A stretch of DNA of 64,000 bases, taken from assembly GCA_965112155.1 (NCBI GenBank), contig OZ218104.1; one strand, given 5' to 3'. Numbering within the stretch: the first letter of the stretch is position 1; every line of letters begins with the position of its first letter. The notes under the pieces were generated by a model. That model made no database searches. It worked only from the letters and a program-made list of their open reading frames with translations, and was not told the origin of the DNA. Made by a program: the position numbers and the translations under genes. Below, piece by piece: positions 50,791-63,368 of this stretch. Origin of the DNA: Podarcis liolepis (lineage: Eukaryota).

Positions 50791-53700
50791 AAAAGGAGAG
50801 TTGGTTTGTGTATATGGTTTATTCTTTGTTTTTCAAGCTTTAATTTTTAAAATAACTTTTAAAAGAAGTAGAACTACAGGTCCAGGTAGATTCCTATTGG
50901 AAGAGGCATTCCAGGAGATATTGATTAAGTCAGAACTAGGCATTTTGCTGCCCGAAGCGATCCTCCAACACTTTGAAGACAAAATTCAGGATGACATCTT
51001 TCTGGGCGCCATCTTACAATTTTTTTATCACGAGAGCATGGTGGCCATTTTGGTTGCCATGATATCACATGATTTTGCACCACAGCCCTTCCCCCCTAAA
51101 CAAATTGGGAGGGGGCATGGCACCCAAAAACATGTGTTTTAGGGCACCGTGTGAGATAGAGGCCCCAAAAAGTGCTTTGGGGCGGAATGCACTGTGAAAT
51201 CACGAGATCGTGGCAACCAAAATGGCCACTGTTCTTGTGTGATAAAGAATGGGATGTCCTGGTTTTCCCAAGACACTTGCAGGTTATGCAAATGGTGCCC
51301 TAAAGTAAAAGTGCAAAGTCTCCAAGGCCAGTCAAGTTGATTTAGCATCTTGTCACAAACACCTCTCCCATTCCCTAGCAGTGTACAACTAACAATAATG
51401 AACAAGACCTCTCATCAGTTGCTGCTCTTTCATGACACTCAAAACCAGCCACCTGAGGTGGCTACCTCACTCTGACTGTTAGTAAGGCTGGCCAAGGATC
51501 TAGTTGAAGATCCATACTGAAGATCCTTTAAAGGAATGGGATCAAATCTGAGACTCTCTTTATGAAAAGCATGTGCTCTGCCACTTGGACAAGTTTTAAA
51601 AGAGTTGTTTCCTGAGTTAGGATTATTGTAAATGGATAGTTTTTCTTTATTTTCATTTCTTTGGTGGTGGTTGGGAATCTGATGGCCTACATTTCAACTT
51701 TAACCCTTTCTGAGACAGCTGACAATTAATGCAAAGCAATAACATGAACCTGGAATAACAGAAAAAAGAGAGAGAAGCAAAGGGGAGAAATGCTGGGGCA
51801 TCGTTAATAGGAACTACAAAGGCTAGCCTATCAATAAAAGAAGAAGAAATAAAATGGCAGTGGTAATAAAAGCACAGAAAGCACAGTGAGCAATAAAAGC
51901 CATTTGTTGAAAGCATGGGAGAACAATATTATTTTTACCCTCCAGGTCACTCTGTCTGGTTTTTTGGGATTCTCATTAGACCACACCCACTCTCTCCAGG
52001 CCGCTCCCCCTCGCCAAGCCCTCTCCATGCCCTGCTCAAGTTCTTCTGCATGTCTAGAATGTGTCCTTGAACTGTGATTTTGAATCTTGAAGGAAGAATG
52101 TTATATTAAGTTATGTGTAGGTACCACAAAGTACTCAACAAAGGTGCTTCCTTATCTCCAGCTACTTTTTCTCCTTGTAAAGAACTGTGAGCACCTATAA
52201 TGAGACAACCTCTTGCTATGAAAGTGATGGAAGCCGGCAGCCCCATGTCGGCAGTGCCTTTTTTGCCATTTCCCCTCAAAAACAGCACAAGATTGTCCAG
52301 TTTCTTTGGGATTTTGCAAAGAAATGTGGCAACCCTAAACTGCAGACAATAATAAAATATTTCATGAGAATTAGAAGACCCAGACCACCACAAAACACAA
52401 GATTAGAGAGAGATGGGGGGATTTAAGTAATAGCTTCAAAACTAAATGGGCATTATTCATTTATTTATTTCTCAATGGGCTCTTTTTGGCTGCAGTCTTA
52501 TTGGCACTCACTAGATGAGCTCCTTATTAGAGGGAAATGGTCCCCTTTTTTGCCGTAGGCAGAAAATGCAGGCATGTTCATATTTGTATAGCACAATGTT
52601 GTGATTATGCAATGTGTATGATCGCTATGTAACTTAATTTTCAGTGATGATAACAATTTGACACGGAATGTCCAAAGTGACTGTAGGATGCCCTGCCTCC
52701 TCCTCCTTTTTTCTTCATCTCCCACATGGTACTTGGTAATTACATTGATACTTGGGTACATAAATAATCAGTGGCTCAAACACCCATGAAAAGCTGGACA
52801 AACTCAATTCCAAGCTATGAGCATTATGACTCTCATCCGCCAGCCGTTAATGAACATCGGGAAATTACACGCGCTTATTAGCAGCAATTTTTGCAGCGCT
52901 GAAGCATCGTTGTGCCTTTTGTGGTCCACAAATTACAATTTACATTTTAGTATCCTTTGATGGTTTTGCATTTCACTCTTTGGCCTTTGTGAGAACGTCT
53001 GGATTCGTTTTTGCCTTATTTGCCTTGATTTGTTTCCTGATAAATTGCAGCATAACTATACATGAGTTGACCTGACTGTTCTATTAAATTATCAAGAATC
53101 TGAGGTTGCTGTTGTTTTTGAAAAACTCATCTTCTCAATGCAGATTGTTTGCTTTGCTCATTCAGGCTGGCGCACAGGTCTAGCCTTGCCTTGAGAGAAT
53201 CTAAAGTGGCAGCCCCAGGCAGTCCATTTTGGCTGCCATTAAAGGGGAGCAAACGACAAAGTTATTTTATTTTATTTAATTCACAAGCCTGCAGTTCTGC
53301 ACCAAGGTCATCCTTTCAGCACTGGCAAAGGCAGTTGAGCGTTGGCAAATTCTGCCGGAACTCATTCACAAGTTTGCCAGTGGATGTTTGCATTCACAGT
53401 CACTTTTTAAGAATGAGATAACCATGCTTGTCTTCACTCCTTTAGAAAGTGTTAACACTCTACCTGAAGACACTGCTCAGGAGATCTACCTGCTCAGGAC
53501 TGTAATCTGCTTTCCCTTTACTTCTGGCTGCGCAATAATGAAAGGTCAAGCAGCGTATAAATTTTATGAAAATAGTAAAACTGATAATACTAAAAATACT
53601 GATAATGGTGATGATGCAATAACTGAAGTAGAATACACACTGTAAAGATATCTAAGAAAATAATAGTAGCATTGCTCACAGCTGTGAAAACCTTATCTGG

Positions 53701-54994
53701 ACATTTTGTTCAACACAGTTAAGTGTTCAACACAGCAGTGATGACAGAATATCACTTGCAAGAATGTGTGAGGAGGGAACGTTTCAGATTAACATAAAAT
53801 GAGATTAACATGTTCAAGGCTTGCTTTTCTATGCTGTCGAAATTTTGGTGAATGGAAGGTCTGAACAGACAGTACAGACCTTAAAACAGCCAAACACTGA
53901 GCTGGGATCCAAATACCCTCATCACAATGAACGCCAAGGAATATATTTACTTATTCTTTAATTATCCAAAGGACAAATGGTAACCTAAACATGCTAGGGA
54001 GAATACCACAAAGCAGCAATATTAACCAAACCTTAGGCCAAAGGTCGCCATCAACACTCACTGCCCCCTCTTGCAGTTAAGGGTTGTTGTTTTTCTTTAA
54101 GTGATGACTTGGTACTTAAGCCTTTGAGCTTTGTAACACAAACATGGTAGTAATCAGTTCAAATATTAGTTTGAAGTGGGTTTCAAATTTTCTTCTTTCA
54201 ATGCTTTCAGCATGAGTTTTTCTCCTGTAGGACCCCTGTGGGTTACATTAGATCATAAGAAGTGCCTGCTGGATCAGGCCAGTGGCCCCTCTAGCCCAGC
54301 ATCCTGCTCTCTTGTGCTTGGCTACTGTGAAAACAGGATGCTGGACTAGATGAGGCACTTGCTTGACCCAGCAGGCTCATTTTATGTCTGTATGTTCTTA
54401 CAAGGGCCAAGCTACAAGCAGGTCATGGGTGCAACAGCATTCTCCCCTCCTGGAGTTGTTCCATTTCCACTGTTTTCAGAGCAAAGATGCTGCAGTAGTC
54501 AACATGGTGCCCTCCAAATGTTGTAGACTACAACTCCCATCACTCCTGACCACTGGACATGGCTTGCTGGGGGTGATGGGAGCTGGAGTCTAACAGCATA
54601 TTTCCTACTCTAAGCAGGACTAGCACTGAATGCCACCCGGACTCTCTTGTAGAAAGTCATCTTCCTTGTTCCTCTCCATTCACCAGTGTTAGTACTCCCT
54701 GCTGCTTCCAATACTTTGTCACTAGTGTTTGTGCCACAATTAACATGGCAATGTTCAGAAATGATTATACAGTACCTTTAAGTAACTGGCATGATTACCT
54801 GATGCAGTCCTCCTGACAAACATCCCACTATCTGGAAGATATGCTAGTATTGCTCACTAGGCTAGAAGATGAGCTAATAATGCCACGGTTGCAGGTTCAA
54901 TCCCTGTGTGTGGCAGCTGCATATTCCTGCATTGCAGGGAATTGGATTAGGTAGTCTTCTACAATTCTATGATACTATCAATAACAACAACAAC

Positions 54995-55215
54995 AACAGC
55001 AACAACATTTGTATCCCACTTTTCCTCCACGTTGCTCAAGGTGGTTTACAAAGTTCTCCTCCTCATTTTGTCCTCATGACAGCCCTGTGAGATAGGTTAG
55101 GCTGAGAGGCAGTGACTGGCCCAAGGTCGCCCAGTGAGCTCCATGGCTGGGTGGAGATTTGAACCTTGGTCTCCCAGGTCCTAGTCCAAAACTCTATCCA
55201 CCATGCCATGCTGGC
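54995..55215 (-). mobile_element. Older MIR/CORE-like SINE
   Basis: ccctgtgagataggttaggctgagaggcagtgactggcccaaggtc...atttgaaccttggtctccc. Boundaries approximate. Confidence 0.7.
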
Positions 55216-55459
55216 TGTCATGAAACAGCCAACATAAGCTGTTGTGGATTCTTCCCCCACTTGCCTATCATTCAACAAGCCTCTCCCCTGTTCTTGGAGA
55301 AGCTTTTCCTTCCATTCTATAAACTTCCTGCCGCCGAATTCACACAATGTTAAGGTGTTTCTTCCCAATCTGTTAACTTCAAGTTCAGGTTCATTCTTGT
55401 GATTCTCACCAGAGGCTGTTGATGGTGTGTCTTCACCCTGCACCATCTCTCAATATATA

Positions 55460-55569
55460 CAGTGAAGGGAAAGAAGTATTTGATCCCCTGCTAAATTTGC
55501 CCGTTTGCCCCCTAACAAAGAAATGACATGGGGATTTAGCAGGGGATCAAATACTTTCCCCCTTCACTG
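55460..55569. mobile_element. Tc1-type mini element (internal deletion derivative)
   Basis: ~36-bp TIRs CAGTGAAGGG..AAGTATTTGATCCCCTGCTAAAT flanked by TA on both sides. Confidence 0.88.
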
Positions 55570-55901
55570 TAAAATATATGCTTTGTTTTAATTACTCAAG
55601 ATACATCTGATGAAACAGAAATATTGCTTCAGCGTTTTCTTTTAATTTTGAGCCTTTGCCATACAAATGGAATCAGGCAAAAGCTAACCTTTGCAGCCAA
55701 GTTGAATGGGTGGGAAAGAGTAGCAAAGTTCTCATTACTCTATTCTGGAGCAATTGTAACAGGAGCAAAGTCATTTTAATATGAAATTGAGAAGGTTTAG
55801 GGGAGGTGATGTTGTTTCTGCACTGTAACATGTCAGGCTGCAGGCTGATCAAATGCACCTCAATTTAAAACAAAAACAAAACAAAACAAACCCTGTACAG
55901 A

Positions 55902-56215
55902 CTAGGGATGGGGGAGACATTCAGTTCAGTTCAGATTTAAAGATGAACTTACCTAATTTGCATTTTTTTTGAAACTGGAACATGGAACTGGAAACACAGC
56001 CATCATTTGACATTCTCCAAAATTTGCAGTGAAGTTTTCCAGCCAAGAAATATGTACAAAAACACAAATACTACATGGACATTAAAATGAACATACATTA
56101 GTGAAAATAAAATGTGCATTAAAATGAACTTATATTGGCAAAAACAACATACAAAGATGCTTTGTGTTAGGGGGGATTACTCTGCAAATATGTGTATATT
56201 AGGCAAAATTTCAAA
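55902..56215 (+). mobile_element. Decayed AT-rich DNA-transposon fragment (TAGGGATGG end)
   Basis: Similar in reverse orientation to ~3014-3346 and partly to ~40640-40960. Confidence 0.45.
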
Positions 56216-56544
56216 CCACCCTGAGATCTTTTGAGGAAGGGTAGTATATGAATCTAATAAATAAAAATAAATATTAAGAAAAATACCAAGAAAGCCCCCC
56301 CCCCCCACACACAGATCTTAGCACCCAAGAAAACAGGAAGGAACATATAGAGACAGTCTACTGGTCTGTCTAAGTCCCATAAGCCACTATGTGAACAGGA
56401 TAATCTACCACTGAGCTGTGAATGAACTGGTAAATATTGCCATTACTATAGCTGGAGTTGCAGCAGACTCTTTGAGGAGTCCCAACTCCAGACCATAGCA
56501 CCTTCCTGGGTCACTGTCACCAAAACATATTGCGCTTCTTGATT

Positions 56545-56911
56545 TCATAGAATCATAGAATCATAGAATCATAGAGTTGGAAGAGACCACAAGGGCCATT
56601 GAGTCCAACCCCCTGCCAAGCAGGAAACACCATCAGAGCACTCCTGACATATGGTTGTCAAGCCTCTGCTTAAAGACCTCCAAAGTAGGAGACTCCACCA
56701 CACTCCTTGGCAGCAAATTCCACTGTCGAACAGCTCTTACTGTCAGGAAGTTCTTCCTAATGTTTAGGTGGAATCTTCTTTCTTGTAGTTTGGATCCATT
56801 GCTCCGTGTCCGCTTCTCTGGAGCAGCAGAAAACAACCTTTCTCCCTCCTCTATGTGACATCCTTTTATATATTTGAACATGGCTATCATATCACCCCTT
56901 AACCTCCTCTT
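56545..56911 (-). mobile_element. 5'-truncated CR1 copy of the same young family
   Basis: Matches 9661-10004 with one visible mismatch (atCgag vs atTgag) and carries the same octamer tail. Confidence 0.97.
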
Positions 56912-57521
56912 TGCCACATTGTTGGGTTGTACCTGGCCAATCCTAACTTTAGCAAGTTATTTAAGGGTTCAAATAAATCTTCTGAATGCCACCCAGTGCA
57001 TTCCAATTTCCACTCATGCCTTGCAAAATATAATTTAAAGAGCTGGTCACCACTTCCAATTAAGTATGGAGAAAATAGATCATCCCCATAATTTATGTCT
57101 TCAAAAGGTTGGGCTGGTTTCCTAATTAATGTTTGCTCCTTTTAATGAAATACTCCAAAGGTCTACAGTTCTGTCGTTCTTGGGGGTAATTTTTCAATTG
57201 ATTAGTAAAATAATACTTGGAAAAGTAAACGGACCGTCTTTGACAAAGAAATGTCTTACTCAAGTGGAAACAGTGACTGGAACGCTAACGAAATACCATT
57301 CTAATACGGTGGGGGCTGAAGTTTTACTCCACTGGAATTCACAACTCCTGCTAAAGGGGAAAAGGCAAGAGGTAATTAAGCTTCTTTGATGCGCTTTTAT
57401 TAAATTTAATTCTAGGGTGACTTTCAGAATATCTAAATAGTTTCAGAGTTAAATGTCTAAATGGTTCATTCTAGCTAGTGCAGAGCTTATGGAAGTGATG
57501 TGTGGGAAATTTAATTAATCA

Positions 57522-57612
57522 ACAGCGCAATCCTATGCCTGTTTACTCAGAAGTAAGTCCCCTTGTGCTCTGTGGGGCTCATTCCTAGGTAAGTGTGCCA
57601 AGGACTGCGGCT
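57522..57612. repeat. Short palindromic interspersed repeat (gcaatcctatg...agtaagtccc family)
   Basis: Related copies near 5836-5925, 7150-7210, 21775-21900, 31070-31190, 42840-42900 and 60060-60330. Confidence 0.55.
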
Positions 57613-60419
57613 TAAGAAACGCATAATATTATTTTACAGTGAATATCTAAGATTTGATGAATGTTGACATTTGAAAATGAACATTGACACTCACTGATGA
57701 GTTTTGTCACTGCCAGCCACCAGCATTCATATCCTTTTTCACTCACATACACCGAGGAGCTCTGGTCCCTGCACTTAAATGTCCACCAACAATTGCCACA
57801 ATATCCCTCAGATATTGTTATGCTTTTATTGTTATGATGTGTCCTTAAACTCTGTTCATTCTTATTTCTTGCTTGGGGAGGGAAGTTTACAAAGGTAAAA
57901 CTAACGTAGTTGGTCCAGTCACTTTGCTTCTGAACTCACTCACCACTGCAGGGGCAGCCTGTTCAATTTCATCACCTGGGGCAAAACAGTAATGTGCCCC
58001 AACCACTTCTGCCACTGCTGGAATGCCCCCCTCCTCCACCCCAGGGGCAGGGAAGACAAGCAGAAACACCACACCAGAATTTCTCTCTCTCAATGGGAAT
58101 AGGGTGGCCAAGGAAGTGGTAGGGTAGGCAGGGTGCTGCCACCATCTGAGGTGGGTGCTTCACCTCACTTCGTGGGCAGGCCAGCTCTGCACCACTGGCA
58201 TGTGGACTCTCCAGAAAACTGCTTAGAAGCGAATGTGACCCGCCACCTCAGAAAGGTGCTCCACCTCAGACAATGCATCTGGGAGTTTCAGCATTCAGAT
58301 GTGAATGTTGATGTCCATCAACTTCAATCATTCATGGCTGCAATTGCCATGTTGTAGTCATCCCTACTGTGTATCTTCTTGTGATATTTCTGGGGATTCA
58401 TGCAAAGTTGGAAGCTCATGGATCTCTCCTAAAGGTGGCATGGAAGTAGTGGAGGCTGGTCCATTAGGGCAAATGGGGCACTGCCCCACCAACCTGCCAG
58501 TTTCCATACACCTGCCTTCTTACTTGCAACCAGTCCAGGAGGTAGCCTTGGTTGTCAGCTTCCTCCTCCTTAGTCTCAGTTTTGCCCCTGTAGAACTCAG
58601 CTGGGAGGAGGGTGGGGACAAAACTAAGGGTGAGTTGGCTCTGCCTGCCATTGGCTCTTGCTCTGCCTGCCATGGGTTTTGGCTCCACCTACTGTTGGCC
58701 TCCCTACCTTCTGCATTTAAAGTCCCTTTAGGCACAGAATCATAGGCACAGGTCACATATCATTTTCTGCCCCTTTCTTAACACTGCAGCCCACATTTTA
58801 GGGGTTGTACTGCGCTGAAATGGCCATTCCCATGCAAATCTGCATCTATGATCATGACGGAGAGATGATTTACATAACCGTTGCCTTTACCATATTTCAT
58901 CTGAAGCTCCTTTTTAAATTGGGCTGGTGGTTGCAATTTTTCCTTGGGTTTGACGTTCAGAATAGAGCTAATTTTTGCCTGGCATAAAATTGATTTAGCT
59001 CCTACCCTGGAAAGGCAGACAGCCTTTATTTTAATTTTTTTCCCTCCCAAACATTGCATATACTCTATCTGTGAAGCATTTAATTGGGAGGACACATATT
59101 TAAAGCACAGCCGAGTTTTCATTAGCTAACACAATTAGTTGTCAGACAGAAGAAGGAAAAGCCAATACAATGGCTTGCAAAGCATGGGGTGCCCGGACCC
59201 AAATGTTTCTGTATGGCAACATCCATCAGTTCCCTCCAGCATGATCATCCTGGCTGGGACTGATAGAAGGAGTCATCTGAAACATCTGGAGGGCACCAGG
59301 TTGGGAAAGGATGCCCTAGAGCATGCATGCTGCAGATGCTGATTTGTACCTCCCATTCAATGGAATTATTGTCATACACACCACATGGTGGAAAATTCTG
59401 TAATTGATTTTGTTCAAAATTATTCCAAGAAAAAAGGGGGAAATCAGACCTGGATTAAGACATTGCTATTAAGTGCAATAAGAGTGATTGCTGGGCTTTA
59501 AACCTACTGCATAAGGATATGAAAACATAAGAAGAGCCCCACTGGATCAGCCCAGTGACCCATCTAGTCCAGCATCCTGTTCTTACAGCACCCAACCAGA
59601 TGCCCATGGGAAACCAGCAAGCAGGATTCAAGCTCATGAGCACTTTCCTCTCCTGTGGTTTCCAGCAACTGGTATTCAGGAGCACTTCTGCCTCCTTGTA
59701 CCTAGAGAAGATAATTCACACACAAAAGCAAGGCACTGCTTTGCTGCTGCCCCCAACACTTTGACACCTGATTAAAGAAATCTGAACCAATTCCTTATGT
59801 GAATGTTAATGGATTGATTAATAGCTTGTTGTGCAAGCTGCACCTGCTGAAATGGCCTCTTCTGCACAACTATTAAAGGTGAAAGAGTCTCATCCAGTTT
59901 TGCATCAGGTCACTCTATTCCAGTTACGGTAAATCCTCCCAAAGTAGTTCACATCAAAACAGAACACAGAAGCAATGCTACAAGGTTCATCTAAGGGGGA
60001 TGAAAATCTGCACTCAAAACCCTAAACATCACTACAACCCTATACCACAAAAGGGACAATACTAATCCTACTTACCCGGGAGTAAGCCCCATTGAATTAA
60101 ATAGCACGTGCTTCTGAGTAGATCTGGTTAGGTTTCTGCTCTACACTGGAAGTAGGCTGACCATGGTTTGTATCCAATGTTATTCCAACAGAGTGGACCT
60201 GCTGGAATGAATGGTGACTTGACTGGCACCAAAGAGCACAATCCTGGATATCTCTACTCAAGTAATTCTCACTTGAATTCAGTGGTATTTTACTTATTGG
60301 TAAGTGTGCATAAGAGTGCAGGTTATGACTCACCACTTAATGAAGCTTACCTCTTGAGAAAGCAGGCACTGGATTGCACAGTAATGTGTAGTAGGAGTAG
60401 GAGTAGCAACAACAACAAC

Positions 60420-60642
60420 ATTTATACCCTACACATCTGGCTGGGTTTCCCCAGCCACTCTGGGTGGCTTCCAGCACATATAAAAACATAATAAAGCACC
60501 AGACATTAAAAACTTCCTGATACAGGGCTGCCTTCAGATGTCTTCTAAAAGTTTTGTAGTTCTTTATCTTCTTGACTTCTGATGAGAGGGCAATCCACAG
60601 GGAGGGCCCCACTACTGAGAAGGCCCTCTGCCTGGTTCCCTG
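60420..60642 (-). mobile_element. L2-clade LINE 3' fragment
   Basis: Minus frame RAFSVVGPSLW.AL..EVK.I.NYKTFRRHLKAALY, followed by a 3' UTR. Confidence 0.7.
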
Positions 60643-61229
60643 TAGTTATAGTGTAAGGATATTCATAGTGCTGGATGAAAGAACAGGAACATCAAGAGTA
60701 ACTCTTTAAAGCCTGGTATTAACCAATCTAAGATCAGAAACAGGGGGAGCTCTCCAACTTTCCCATTTTATTGCAAACGGTTCTTGAGCCATAAAAACAC
60801 ATTTTCTCCCTGACTGAATGTAGGGCAAATTTTCCTTAAAGAGGTGCTTTGCAAACAGGCTATTAAAATACTAAAGAAAACATTGATTAGTTTTAAACAG
60901 CCACTACAATTCAGGCAGCTACAAAGGAGTGGATGTGTGTTATAGGTGAAGCCTTTTGTGTTTTAACAATTCAAGGAAAAATACAATAAGTAGGTTGGGA
61001 GGAAGCTTGTGGAAAACCTGCTGCTTTCACTCAAGGGTGGGCAGAAAGTAGATGTGGATCTACTGGTACAACCTGTGGCAATCTGCAGCCGGTTGATCAG
61101 GGTTTCTTATTTGAAACTGTTTATCAATAGAAACACCAAAAAGACCCTCCCAGTTCCAGTTATGCTATTCAAAAGCCTGATTTGGAGTTACACCGGTTCC
61201 ATTTTCGCTATGTATTTTAAAAAGCAGCA

Positions 61230-61520
61230 ACAAACAGTCATGGCTTCCCCCAAAGAATCCTGGGAACTGTAGTTTGTTAAGGGTGCTGAGAGTTGGTCGA
61301 AGACCATTCCCCCCACAGAGCTACAGTTCCAAGAGTGGTGTCTCAATCAACCCTTCTTCAAAGGGAGCTCTGCTAATTGTAGTTCTATGAAGCAAAAAGG
61401 GAGCCTCCTAATGATGCTCAGCACCCTTAACAAACTACAGTTCCCAAAATGCCTTGGGATAAGCTAGGAATATTTAAAGCAGTGTCACGGTGCTTTAAAT
61501 CTATGGTGTGGATGTGGCCC
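61230..61520. mobile_element. Palindromic MITE family (aaagaatcctgggaactgtagtt type)
   Basis: Inverted arms gggaactgtagtttgttaagggtgctgag / ctcagcacccttaacaaactacagttccc. Related fragments near 39660-39725, 40170-40280, 42403-42590 and 46580-46770. Confidence 0.7.
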
Positions 61521-63028
61521 AAGGAACGTTTTACCACTCGATTCTTCTGAACATTTAGCTGACCCGGATAAACGTGTCATCTTCAACATATAATTTAAGA
61601 TGAAACTACCAAGGGGTTAACTTTTACAGTACAAAGAAAGCATCCAGCAGGCTCCTTGTCAATGTAAGGCCCACAGATAAAGATTGGTGGCAAGCTTGTT
61701 CCCTTATTATCCACAGCCCGGTTTCCCTATGATGACTCCCCCCCCACCCCTTGAAATCCAATTTTCCAGTTATTGTAGCACTTATTAAAAGCTTGACTGT
61801 AAAATCTTTGCGTATCCAGCGACCTATTTTTTATCATAACTGTTTATAATGCTTAACCCTCCCCGACAACTTAAACACTTTCCGCAAAATAATGTATTTT
61901 CAATAAACTGAAATATTAACCAATCATATGTAATGGTGCGCGGCCCTTAACAACAGATTTGCCGGAAGTCCTTAGGGTTTCATATCAATCGAAAGCACCA
62001 TCGACTGCCTGGGCTTGCGTTCGAATTACATTGCCTTTGGATCAAAAAGCAGAGCTGGGGGGGGGGAGGGAAGGGAGGCGGGAGAAAGTTCTCATTATGC
62101 TTCCCTGTCATTAATTTGAGCATTTTTATATGTGTGTCCTATTAAGTACTTTAAGTGCTTTTTGATAATTGTGCTTTGTAGTTTTTTTTACAGCACTTCA
62201 GCCTATTCCCAGTTCAATTTTCTCTTTTATCCGATGTTTGAAATATTGATTTCTGACAGATAAAAGCAAACCTTATAATCTCAGCAACACGCAGGGAGCA
62301 GGAGAGATGGAGCTCTGGAATGCATCGGGGAATCACCATATTTGAAGCCCGTCTTTGTTTTATTACATTTTATCAGCCAAATTTACTTACTGCTTGCTGG
62401 TATTTATGTTTAAGAAAAGAAGAAGAGAAGAAAAGCAAAAGGCAGTCAGCCGGCAAAATTACCAGTTCCTGGCACACTTTTTTTTTTTTTTTTTGGTGCA
62501 TTTAGTAAGATAAAAGAAGAAACTCCCTCGGTGGCTGATGATTGCAGTAGCTTAAAGTCCTGTCAGCTGGCTCAGGGTAACTGTGATTTATCTACTGCAG
62601 ATTGTGGGGAAGGCTTGCTTCCCTTCCCTTTTTTTTCCCAGGCTGCTTGGGAAATTGACAGATCAGAATAGCAGGGGACTCTCACAAGGCGCCAGTGAGA
62701 TGTGGCGGAAAGCATTGCTGGGCTTGGAGCAAGAGGATCCAGGCTCAGACCCATAGGCTGCCACCTTTGGCCACTTCCCACAATGCAGATGTCAAGGGTT
62801 AGTCTTGCCAGGCATCTGCTGAGACCTGTGCCCAGGCAAGAGCTCCACAATCAATTTATTTTTCTTGGCCCTTCTGGTTCTCCCGCTTAGAGTTGCTGCT
62901 ACCTGTTCACCTGCCCTCTCTGAGCAAGCTACGAGGTAGGGAGGTTCTGCAAACTCCACATGCCTTGTTTTCTTTCTCCTGCCCCTCTCTCTGTGGCTGC
63001 CTGCATAGTACGCACTTTAAAGCACTAT

Positions 63029-63368
63029 AAGGTAAAGGGACCCCTGACCATTAGGTCCAGTCATGGCCAACTCTGGGGTTGCGGCACTCATCTTGCTTTA
63101 TTGGCCGAGGGAACCGGCGTACAGCTTCTGGGTCATGTGGCCAGCATGACTAAGCCGCTTCTGGCGAACCAGAGCAGCGCACGGAAACGCCGTTTACCTT
63201 CCCGTCGGAGCGGTACCTATTTATCTACTTGCACTTTGACGTGCTTTGGAACTGCTAGGTTGGCAGGAGCTGGGACCGAGCAACAGGAGCTCACCCCGTC
63301 GCAGGGATTCAAACCGCCAAACTTCTGATCGGCAAGTCCTAGGCTCTGTGGTTTAACCCACAGCGCCA
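63029..63368 (-). mobile_element. Sauria SINE, slightly 5'-truncated
   Basis: Reverse complement of the two other copies. Tail aaggtaaagggacccc on the plus strand. Confidence 0.92.

Noticed and set aside
57860-58560. 146-aa ORF and neighbouring ORFs
   Set aside because: No recognisable protein. Probably a heavily decayed LINE remnant, too degraded to call.
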